Below, piece after piece: positions 1-6,439 of a stretch of 7,555 bases of DNA (its first letter is position 1; the number at the start of each line of letters is the position of its first letter). This DNA comes from Candidatus Saccharimonadota bacterium. Lineage in GTDB: Bacteria; Pseudomonadota; Gammaproteobacteria; Enterobacterales; Enterobacteriaceae. Made by a program: the position numbers and the translations under genes. Where the stretch lies: contig NZ_CP046218.1 of NCBI RefSeq assembly GCF_012571345.1, positions 460,182 through 467,736 on the forward strand, in the 5' to 3' direction. Under the pieces are notes generated by a model. The model ran no database searches, was not told the origin of the DNA, and saw nothing but the letters and a program-made list of their open reading frames with translations.

Positions 1-82
1 CAAGGTAGTTATCTTGATTTATTAAAACAAAAACAATACTATTAGTAGTATAGAAAAATTTGTAATATTATAAAGGTATAAA

Positions 83-301
83 ATGTCTAAAGAAAAAAAT
101 ATAGAAATGCAAGGCATTGTATTAAATACATTACCTAATACTATCTTTAGTGTAAAATTAGAGAATGGGCATGTTGTTACAGCACATATATCAGGTAAAA
201 TGAGAAAAAATTATATTCGTATTTTAACAGGCGATAAGGTAACCGTAGAACTTACCCCTTATGATTTAAGCAAAGGCAGAATAATTTTTCGTAGTCGTTA
301 A
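83..301 (+). CDS. infA: translation initiation factor IF-1
   Basis: The 72-aa ORF is nearly identical over its full length to E. coli InfA as I recall it ([61 protein letters not shown]). An AAGGT Shine-Dalgarno motif at 73-77 lies 5 nt upstream of the ATG. Confidence 0.97.
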   Translation: MSKEKNIEMQGIVLNTLPNTIFSVKLENGHVVTAHISGKMRKNYIRILTGDKVTVELTPYDLSKGRIIFRSR

Positions 302-341
302 TATAAAGTTTATTATATATAATATTGAATTATATGAGATA

Positions 342-378
342 AAAATTATTAACTGATAATCTAATTATTAATAATTTT
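342..378. terminator. A/T-only hairpin between convergent infA and trxB (weak bidirectional terminator candidate)
   Basis: Arms of 11 bp, AAAATTATTAA (342-352) and TTAATAATTTT (368-378), are perfect reverse complements with a 15-nt loop. The hairpin ends 2 nt from the trxB stop codon (380-382) and starts 41 nt after the infA stop. The stem has no G-C pairs, so stability is low and it may have arisen by chance in AT-rich DNA. Confidence 0.2.
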
Positions 379-379
379 A

Positions 380-1330
380 TTATAATATAGTGTCATGTAA
401 ATAATTTTGTGCATCTAATGCTGCCATACAGCCAGTAGCTGATGAAGTAATTGCTTGTCTGTATATTTTATCCATTACATCGCCAGCCGCAAAAATACCT
501 TTAACACTTGTTTGAGTATACAAATTCTTTTTATAAGTAATAATATATCCATCATTATCCAAATGTAATTGATTTTGGAATATTTTAGTATTAGGGATAC
601 TACCTATTAATATAAATACAGCATTCAATTTTAAAATAAAATGATCTTTTATATGTTTAATATGATTAATATGTATACCTGTTACACCATTTATATCGCC
701 TATAATATTTTTTACTATGTAAGGTTGATGTAAAAATATATTTTTTTTATTTTTTATAATAAAATTAATTTTTTTAATTAAAATATTATCTGCAGTAAAT
801 ATAGTTTTTCTATGTATAAGATGTACTTCTGAAGCAATATTAGATAAGTATAATGCTTCTTCTAATGCAGAATTACCACCACCAATAACAGCTACTTTTT
901 GATTACGATATAATAATCCGTCGCATATAGCACATGTTGAAACTCCTTTACCGAAAAATTTTTTTTCTGATAATAAACCTAATTTTTTAGGATAAGAACC
1001 TGTAGCTATAATCAGACTTTTAGAAAGATATTTATCATTTTCTCCTTGTAAAATAAATGGAAATGTATCGAACATTACTTGTATGATGTTATCATGTATT
1101 ATTTTTGTATTATAATACATGGCATGATTATATAAATTATCCATTAATTGGCTACCAGTAATATTAGGATAATTACCCGGCCAATTTTCTATATTATTAG
1201 TTTGTGTTAATTGCCCACCTATTTGATTTCCTGTAATAATAACAGGAAATAAATTAGCACGGGCAGCATATATTGCTGCTGTATATCCTGCTGGTCCTGA
1301 ACCAAGAATAATTAATTGATGAATATCCAT
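380..1330 (-). CDS. trxB: thioredoxin reductase (low-Mr, FAD/NAD(P)H-dependent)
   Basis: The 316-aa ORF is collinear with E. coli TrxB (321 aa). It has the FAD motif ILGSGPAGYTAAIYAARAN, a redox-active CxxC (CAICDG, versus CATCDG in E. coli), the NAD(P)H motif VIGGGNSALEEALYLSNIASEVHLIHR, and the C-terminal FAAGDVMD.IYRQAITSS.TGCMAALDA. No Shine-Dalgarno motif is visible. Confidence 0.95.
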   Translation of the reverse strand: MDIHQLIILGSGPAGYTAAIYAARANLFPVIITGNQIGGQLTQTNNIENWPGNYPNITGSQLMDNLYNHAMYYNTKIIHDNIIQVMFDTFPFILQGENDKYLSKSLIIATGSYPKKLGLLSEKKFFGKGVSTCAICDGLLYRNQKVAVIGGGNSALEEALYLSNIASEVHLIHRKTIFTADNILIKKINFIIKNKKNIFLHQPYIVKNIIGDINGVTGIHINHIKHIKDHFILKLNAVFILIGSIPNTKIFQNQLHLDNDGYIITYKKNLYTQTSVKGIFAAGDVMDKIYRQAITSSATGCMAALDAQNYLHDTIL

Positions 1331-1441
1331 AAAACAAATAATAAAAAATATATGTTTAATTAATATAACATGTTTTATATATCAATTTACATATATATAA
1401 TATATAATTTGTAATATTTTATATTTTATAAATACATTATT

Positions 1442-2716
1442 ATGATTGATATTAATTTAATAAGAAAAAATTTACATTTAGTATTTACCAAATTAAAAAC
1501 AAGAAATTTTATATTGGATATAAAAACAATACAAAAATATGAAAATATAAGAAAAAAACTACAAAATAACATAAATATTTTATATCAAAAAAAAAAACAT
1601 ATGCAAAATTCTATTAACATACAAAATAAGAACCATATACAAACTAAAATTAAATTATTAAATATACAATTAATTACTACAAAAAAAAAATTAACAAATA
1701 TCATGACATATTTAGACAATATTTATGATACTATACCAAATTTACCATTAGATGACGTGCCCATAGGTGTGCATTATAATGATCATAAAGAAATATTATA
1801 TTGGGGTAAAAAACTAAAACATAATTTCTTAATACGTAATCATATTGAATTAGGATTATTACATAATGGCATAGATATGGAATCTGGTGCTAATTTAAGT
1901 GGTTCAAAATTTATTGTTATGAAAGAATCAATAGCATATTTACATAGAGTATTAATACAATTTATGTTAGACACACATATACAACAACATCAATATAAAG
2001 AAATGTATATTCCTTATATTGTTAAAAAAGAAGCTTTATATGGCACAGGACAATTACCAAAATTTGCAAAAGATTTATATGCTGTATATAATATGCAATT
2101 AAATACACATTATCTAATTCCTACAGCAGAAGTACCTTTAACTAATTTCGTAGCTAATACTATATTACGGGAAGAACAATTACCAATAAAATTAGTTGCA
2201 CATAGTCCATGTTTCCGTGCAGAAGCAGGATCTTATGGACAAATAAATAAAGGATTAATACGTACACATCAATTTGAAAAAGTAGAACTTGTTCAATTAG
2301 TTACACCAAACATGTCCATAAAAACATTAGAAGAAATAACTTCACATGCTGAAAAAATATTACAATTATTAGAATTACCATATAGAAAAATACTATTATG
2401 TTCTGGTGATATGAGTTTTGCTGCAAGCAAAACATATGATCTAGAAGTATGGTTACCTTCAATTAATAAATATTGTGAAGTATCTTCTTGTTCTAATATG
2501 TGGGATTTTCAAGCACGCAGAATGAAAGCACGATATAAAAATCATGAAGACAATCATATTAATTATATACATACTCTAAATGCATCTGCTTTAGCTATAG
2601 GGAGAACATTAGCTGCTATAATAGAAAACTATCAATTAGAAGATGGTTCAATACAAATTCCTAAAGTTTTACAATCATATATGAAAGGATTAAAAATAAT
2701 TAATTATATCAAATAA
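1442..2716 (+). CDS. serS: seryl-tRNA synthetase (class II)
   Basis: The 424-aa ORF is collinear with E. coli SerRS (430 aa). Conserved blocks include TIPNLP.D.VP.G, LYGTGQLPKFA.DL, LIPTAEVPLTN, motif 2 PCFRAEAGSYG...GLIR.HQF.KVE, KTYDLEVW.P...Y.E.SSCSN.WDFQARRM.AR, and motif 3 LN.S.LA.GRTL.A..ENYQ. The N-terminal coiled-coil arm is strongly diverged but keeps its length. Confidence 0.96.
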   Translation: MIDINLIRKNLHLVFTKLKTRNFILDIKTIQKYENIRKKLQNNINILYQKKKHMQNSINIQNKNHIQTKIKLLNIQLITTKKKLTNIMTYLDNIYDTIPNLPLDDVPIGVHYNDHKEILYWGKKLKHNFLIRNHIELGLLHNGIDMESGANLSGSKFIVMKESIAYLHRVLIQFMLDTHIQQHQYKEMYIPYIVKKEALYGTGQLPKFAKDLYAVYNMQLNTHYLIPTAEVPLTNFVANTILREEQLPIKLVAHSPCFRAEAGSYGQINKGLIRTHQFEKVELVQLVTPNMSIKTLEEITSHAEKILQLLELPYRKILLCSGDMSFAASKTYDLEVWLPSINKYCEVSSCSNMWDFQARRMKARYKNHEDNHINYIHTLNASALAIGRTLAAIIENYQLEDGSIQIPKVLQSYMKGLKIINYIK

Positions 2717-2718
2717 TA

Positions 2719-3195
2719 TTATTTATGCTCAAACAATACTTGAATAGTATTATATAAATGTACAGTTTTTAGTAAATTTATTGGTACCACTAAAATGGTA
2801 TCATCTCCAGCAATGGTGCCTAATATACCTTCTGCTTTACCCAAAGAATCTAATAAACGAGCAATTAATTGCGCAGCACCAGGACTTGTATGAATAATAA
2901 TAAGCATATCATTATAATCGATATCTAATACTAGATTTTTTAAGGGACTAGTTGTATTTGGATAATTTAATTCTAAAGGTAAACAATATACCATTTGCAT
3001 TTTTGTATTTCTAGTTCTTACAGCCCCTAATTTTGTTAACATTCTAGAAACTTTAGATTGATTAATATTATTAAAACCCTTTTGTTGTAATGCATTTACA
3101 ATTTCTGTTTGTGTACTAAATGTTTCTTGCCGTATTAATTGTTTAAAAATTTTAATTAAATTTATTTCTTTTTTTTTGGTAGAATAAATATGCAT
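2719..3195 (-). CDS. argR: arginine repressor ArgR
   Basis: The ORF matches E. coli ArgR (156 aa) end to end. Conserved parts include the winged-helix region [29 protein letters not shown] and the C-terminal oligomerisation/arginine-binding region [14 protein letters not shown]...[35 protein letters not shown] place the start at the internal ATG at 3195-3193, giving 158 aa. This start is preceded by GGTGATC (complement of 3199-3205), which matches the extended anti-SD complement. The ORF-track start at 3228 would add 11 hydrophobic residues absent from E. coli ArgR and has no SD. Confidence 0.9.
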   Translation of the reverse strand: MHIYSTKKKEINLIKIFKQLIRQETFSTQTEIVNALQQKGFNNINQSKVSRMLTKLGAVRTRNTKMQMVYCLPLELNYPNTTSPLKNLVLDIDYNDMLIIIHTSPGAAQLIARLLDSLGKAEGILGTIAGDDTILVVPINLLKTVHLYNTIQVLFEHK

Positions 3196-3279
3196 ATAGA
3201 TCACCGACAAAATAAAAAATACCACCAATATTATAATATTAAAAACATTTATAAAAATTATTTGTACTAAATTTAATTA

Positions 3280-3308
3280 TTTACATAACCGTATTATTGT
3301 AGTATAAT
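3280..3308 (+). promoter_or_regulatory. candidate sigma70 promoter for rplM-rpsI (TTTACA-17 bp-TATAAT)
   Basis: TTTACA at 3280-3285 matches 5/6 of the -35 consensus. An exact 17-bp spacer follows, then a perfect TATAAT at 3303-3308. The predicted TSS is near 3315, about 170 nt upstream of the rplM ATG. -10-like hexamers are common in DNA this AT-rich, so this is only a sequence-based candidate. Confidence 0.4.
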
Positions 3309-3325
3309 GATATTGTCATTGTCAA
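3296..3325 (-). promoter_or_regulatory. candidate sigma70 promoter for argR (TTGACA-18 bp-TACAAT)
   Basis: On the minus strand there is a perfect TTGACA (complement of 3320-3325). An 18-bp spacer follows, then TACAAT (complement of 3296-3301, 5/6). The predicted TSS is near 3289, about 95 nt upstream of the argR ATG at 3195. This candidate interleaves with the plus-strand candidate promoter. Confidence 0.35.
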
Positions 3326-3335
3326 GCAATATCAT
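3307..3335. repeat. perfect 9-bp inverted repeat ATGATATTG / CAATATCAT with 11-bp spacer
   Basis: Arms at 3307-3315 and 3327-3335 are exact reverse complements. The spacer region contains a tandem ATTGTC ATTGTC (3312-3323). The repeat overlaps the end of the plus-strand -10 and its predicted TSS, and also the minus-strand -35. The repeat itself is directly visible, but any function (operator or RNA hairpin) is unproven. Confidence 0.5.
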
Positions 3336-3422
3336 GATTACTTTATATATTATATATAATATTATTTTTTTATAATTTTATCGAGTACATATATATTGAT
3401 TAAATTTTTTATGTATATTACA

Positions 3423-3441
3423 GTATGGATAATATCCTTAC
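3423..3441 (+). promoter_or_regulatory. 19-bp near-perfect palindrome / hairpin in the rplM 5' leader
   Basis: GTATGGATAATATCCTTAC is centred on 3432, with 8 of 9 symmetric pairs matching (single T/T mismatch at 3426/3438). As RNA it could form a 7-position stem (6 pairs plus a U-U mismatch, 3 of them G-C) with a 5-nt loop, about 47 nt upstream of the rplM start. It is the most G/C-containing structured element in the leader. Confidence 0.3.
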
Positions 3442-3487
3442 ATATTTTATAAAACAATACGTGCTAATTTTATGGATTTAATAAATT

Positions 3488-3913
3488 ATGAGTAATAATA
3501 CAGTAAGTATAAATAATAATCATCGTTCCTGGTATCTTATTAATGCTAAAGAACAAATTTTAGGTCGTTTAGCTACAAAAATAGTTTATTATTTAATAGG
3601 TAAACATAAAGTTGCATACACACCCAGTATTGATATAGGAGATTATGTTATAGTTATAAATGCACAAAAAATTAATATTACAGGAAATAAAAGAAAAAAC
3701 AAGTTTTATTTTAGTCATAGTGGTTATTCTGGCGGTTTCAAAAAAATATCTTTTGAAAAATTAATATCTATTAATCCTCAAAAAATAATACACCATGCTG
3801 TTAAAGGTATGTTACCTAAAAATAAAATTGGATGTATGGTCTTAAAAAGATTAAAGATCTATGCTGATAAAACTCATCAACATCAAGCACAACAACATAT
3901 TCATAATATTTAA
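3488..3913 (+). CDS. rplM: 50S ribosomal protein L13
   Basis: The 141-aa ORF is collinear with E. coli L13 (142 aa). Conserved blocks are WY..A....LGRLAT, GKHK..YTP..D.GDY.IV.NA.K...TGNKR..K.Y..H.G..GG.K and AVKGMLPK. rpsI follows immediately, as in the conserved rplM-rpsI operon. Confidence 0.96.
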   Translation: MSNNTVSINNNHRSWYLINAKEQILGRLATKIVYYLIGKHKVAYTPSIDIGDYVIVINAQKINITGNKRKNKFYFSHSGYSGGFKKISFEKLISINPQKIIHHAVKGMLPKNKIGCMVLKRLKIYADKTHQHQAQQHIHNI

Positions 3914-3930
3914 TATAGGATAACAAATAT

Positions 3931-4323
3931 ATGACCATAACTTACCATTATGCTACTGGTAGAAGAAAAACTTCTTCTTCAAGAGTTTTTATAAAAAAAG
4001 GTAAGGGAATTATTAATATTAATAAAAAATCTTTAGAAAATTTTTTTCCCCAAAATTTATATCGTACTTTAATTACACAACCTTTAACACTATTAAATAT
4101 AAAGAATAATGTAGATTTATATATTACTGTGAAAGGCGGTGGTAATATGGGGCAGGCTGGAGCTATTAGACACGGTATTACAAGAGCACTAATTAAATAT
4201 GATAAACATTATAGACATGACTTAAAACAAGCTGGTTATATTACTAGAGATGATCGTAAGGTAGAACGCAAGAAAGTAGGCTTTAAAAAAGCCAGACGTA
4301 GTCCACAATTTTCAAAACGTTAG
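3931..4323 (+). CDS. rpsI: 30S ribosomal protein S9
   Basis: The 130-aa ORF is the same length as E. coli S9. Conserved blocks are [41 protein letters not shown] and the C-terminal VERKKVG..KARR.PQFSKR. An AGGA motif at 3917-3920 lies 10 nt upstream of the ATG. Confidence 0.97.
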   Translation: MTITYHYATGRRKTSSSRVFIKKGKGIININKKSLENFFPQNLYRTLITQPLTLLNIKNNVDLYITVKGGGNMGQAGAIRHGITRALIKYDKHYRHDLKQAGYITRDDRKVERKKVGFKKARRSPQFSKR

Positions 4324-4395
4324 AAAAAATTCTATTAAACATTTTATTGATGTAACATAACTTTTGCTAATAAAGTTTGTTTTATAAAGATTATT

Positions 4396-5661
4396 ATGGA
4401 TAAACTCATTATAAAAGGGCCTGTAAAATTACAAGGCAAAGTGAGAATTTCTGGTGCTAAAAACGCTGCACTGCCTATTTTATTATCCACTATTTTACTT
4501 AATGGCACAATAAGTATTAATAACATTCCATATATTAAAGATATTAATGTTGCTATTAAATTATTACAATGCTTAGGAGCGAAAATAAAAAAAGGTAAAT
4601 TATTATATTTAGATACTAGAAATTTAAAGAATAGTTTATTACCCGAACGATTTATTACTGTTATTCGTGCATCTGTTTGGATTATAAGTCCTTTGTTAGT
4701 ACGTTTTGGTAAATTTCGTATGTTTTATCCTGGAGGTTGTGCCATTGGGAAACGTCCTATAGATTTACATATAAAATATTTATATCAATTAGGAGCTGTT
4801 ATAAAAGAAAAGAAAAATTATATCATTGGATATATTCCTGATGCAATCATAGGCACACATATTATTATGGATAAAATTAGTGTAGGAGCAACTATCAGTA
4901 CTATACTACTAGCAATTTTTGCTAAAGGAATAACTATTATTGATAATCCAGCTAAAGAACCAGAAATACAAGATTTATCAAATTTTTTAAATTTTATGGG
5001 TGCAAGAATTTATGGCGCGGGTACTAATAGAATTACTATTAATGGCATACAATATTTAAATAATAAAAATAAAATATATACGATTATCCCTGATCGCATA
5101 GAAACAGGTACTTTTTTAGTTGCGGCCGCTATGTCAAAAAGTAAAATCATATGCGAACATACTAATCCACAACATCTAACTGTAGTCTTGGAAAAACTAA
5201 AAGATACTGGTGCAAATATACAAATAGGAAGTAATTGGTGCAGTTTAGATATGAATAATAAAACACCTAAAGCTGTAAATATTATTACTGGACCATATCC
5301 AAATTTTCCAACAGATATGCAAACATTATTCACTGTATTAAATACTGTTTCTTGTGGTGTAAGTAATATTACAGAAACTATTTTTGAAAATAGGTTTTTG
5401 CATATTTTTGAATTACAAAAAATGGGGGCGGAAATATTATTAAAAAATAATAAGATTATGTATATTAGTGGTAAAAAAATGTTGAAAGGAACACAAGTTA
5501 TAGCTACTGATTTACGTGCTTCTATTAGTTTAGTTTTAGCTGGTTGTCATGCTATTGGTACTACTATTATACATAATATTAATTATATTGATCGTGGTTA
5601 TGAAAATATAGAACAAAAATTATTATTATTAGGAGCTAAAACAAAAAGAATAAAAATATAG
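4396..5661 (+). CDS. murA: UDP-N-acetylglucosamine 1-carboxyvinyltransferase
   Basis: The 421-aa ORF is collinear with E. coli MurA (419 aa). Conserved blocks are MDK....GP.KLQG.V.ISGAKNAALPIL, the catalytic loop PGGCAIGKRPIDLH (the Cys equivalent to E. coli Cys115 is retained), MDK.SVGAT, PDRIETGTFLVAAA, FPTDMQ, ENRF.H, and ATDLRAS.SLVLAGC.A.GTT......IDRGYE.IE.KL..LGA. Confidence 0.96.
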   Translation: MDKLIIKGPVKLQGKVRISGAKNAALPILLSTILLNGTISINNIPYIKDINVAIKLLQCLGAKIKKGKLLYLDTRNLKNSLLPERFITVIRASVWIISPLLVRFGKFRMFYPGGCAIGKRPIDLHIKYLYQLGAVIKEKKNYIIGYIPDAIIGTHIIMDKISVGATISTILLAIFAKGITIIDNPAKEPEIQDLSNFLNFMGARIYGAGTNRITINGIQYLNNKNKIYTIIPDRIETGTFLVAAAMSKSKIICEHTNPQHLTVVLEKLKDTGANIQIGSNWCSLDMNNKTPKAVNIITGPYPNFPTDMQTLFTVLNTVSCGVSNITETIFENRFLHIFELQKMGAEILLKNNKIMYISGKKMLKGTQVIATDLRASISLVLAGCHAIGTTIIHNINYIDRGYENIEQKLLLLGAKTKRIKI

Positions 5662-5778
5662 AAATATTATTCATTCTATCTTAGAATATAATCAAGTAAT
5701 ATTTTTTTGTATATATTCACACTATATTAAATGATATATACTATATATTATTATGTAGTTTTTGGAAAGGTTAAAAAC

Positions 5779-6090
5779 ATGTATGCTATTTTTCATAATG
5801 GTGGTAAACAATATAAGATTACAATAGGACAAATTATACATATAGATAAACATATAGGACATATAGGAGAAATTATTAATTTTACAAATATATTGGTAAT
5901 ATTTAGTACAAATGTGTTTTATGTTGGCAAACCATATATTTTAGGTGCCAAAATTACAGCGAAACTCATTCAACATAAAAAAAATACAAAAATTAAAATT
6001 GTGAAATTTAATCGCAGAAAACATTATAAAAAAATTCAAGGACATAGACAATTATGTACTATAGTTAAAATTCTTGATATACAAAAATAA
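5779..6090 (+). CDS. rplU: 50S ribosomal protein L21
   Basis: From the internal ATG at 5779 the product is 103 aa, the same length as E. coli L21. It aligns from residue 1 (MYAIF.NGGKQ...) through KIVKF.RRKHY.K.QGHRQ. A GGAAAGG Shine-Dalgarno motif sits at 5764-5770, 8 nt upstream. The 16 extra N-terminal residues of the ORF-track call (start 5731) have no counterpart in L21. Confidence 0.93.
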   Translation: MYAIFHNGGKQYKITIGQIIHIDKHIGHIGEIINFTNILVIFSTNVFYVGKPYILGAKITAKLIQHKKNTKIKIVKFNRRKHYKKIQGHRQLCTIVKILDIQK

Positions 6091-6102
6091 TAAGGACATA
6101 AT

Positions 6103-6369
6103 ATGGCACAAAAAAAAGCTGGTGGTTCATCTAGAAATGGTAGGGATTCACGTTCTAAAAGATTAGGTATTAAACATTTTGGAGGAGAAATGGTATCTGC
6201 AGGATATATTATTGTACGTCAACGAGGTACAAAATTTCATGCTGGTATTAATGTTGGATGTGGCAAGGATCATACATTATTTGCTAAAATTAAAGGCATT
6301 GTAAAATTTATTAAAAAAGGTATCAATAATAAAATATATATTCATGTGATTAACAATAATATTACATAA
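6103..6369 (+). CDS. rpmA: 50S ribosomal protein L27
   Basis: The 88-aa ORF closely matches E. coli L27 ([55 protein letters not shown]). A TAAGGA SD lies in the 12-bp gap after rplU. This is the conserved rplU-rpmA operon arrangement. Confidence 0.97.
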   Translation: MAQKKAGGSSRNGRDSRSKRLGIKHFGGEMVSAGYIIVRQRGTKFHAGINVGCGKDHTLFAKIKGIVKFIKKGINNKIYIHVINNNIT

Positions 6370-6439
6370 CAAATTTTATGTAACAGTACAATACTGGATA
6401 TATAGAATTTTATAAGAAATTTATTGTGTTGGAGTATGA

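Noticed and set aside
14-42. A promoter-like TTGATT-17-TACTAT upstream of infA. Similar matches are TTCACA-17-TACTAT (5716-5744) upstream of rplU and TTGATT-17-TACAGT (3396-3424) in the rplM leader.
   Set aside because: Each has only a 4/6 match in the -10 and an A/T-rich -35. Such matches are expected frequently by chance at this base composition, so they are too weak to annotate as features.
3196-3228. The 11-codon N-terminal extension of the argR ORF ([11 protein letters not shown]).
   Set aside because: It has no counterpart in ArgR and is hydrophobic. The upstream ATG has no SD, whereas the ATG at 3195 is preceded by GGTGATC and gives an ArgR of canonical length.
3307-3375. A 22-codon small ORF (MILSLSSNIMITLYIIYNIIFL) in the argR-rplM spacer, starting within the inverted repeat.
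   Set aside because: It has no SD, its length is typical of random ORFs at this composition, and its sequence is low-complexity. Nothing supports translation.
3196-3487. A search for ArgR operator sites (ARG boxes) in the argR upstream region. This included the inverted repeat at 3307-3335, TTGTACTAAATTTAA near 3262, and TGCATATAGATCA over the start codon.
   Set aside because: The best matches hit only about 6 of 10 core positions of TGAAT-N4-ATTCA, and no pair of boxes is spaced 3 bp apart. That cannot be distinguished from background in AT-rich DNA.
4344-4526. A 60-aa minus-strand ORF overlapping the rpsI-murA spacer and the murA 5' end.
   Set aside because: It is antisense to the conserved murA N-terminus, has no recognisable similarity, and is too short to be meaningful. 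It is most likely a chance ORF.
5122-5129. A GCGGCCGC (NotI) octamer, a striking all-G/C palindrome in roughly 20% GC DNA.
   Set aside because: It is the codon string GCG GCC GC(T) for the conserved Ala-Ala-Ala of the MurA FLVAAA motif. It is explained by coding constraint plus chance synonymous choices, with no flanking structure.
5010-5333. A 107-aa ORF antisense to murA.
   Set aside because: It lies entirely inside the well-supported murA CDS on the opposite strand. Its product is hydrophobic, low-complexity and resembles no family I recognise. It has no SD or promoter context. The length is surprising for roughly 80% AT DNA under a naive stop-codon model. However, it sits in the most G/C-rich, most conserved part of murA, in a frame where antisense stops require specific Tyr/His/Gln codon contexts. 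I treat it as a shadow ORF. Only strand-specific ribosome profiling or proteomics would change that view.
5731-5778. The 16-codon N-terminal extension of the rplU ORF (MIYTIYYYVVFGKVKN).
   Set aside because: E. coli L21 aligns from the internal Met at 5779 with identical total length (103 aa). The GGAAAGG SD lies inside the extension, directly upstream of 5779.
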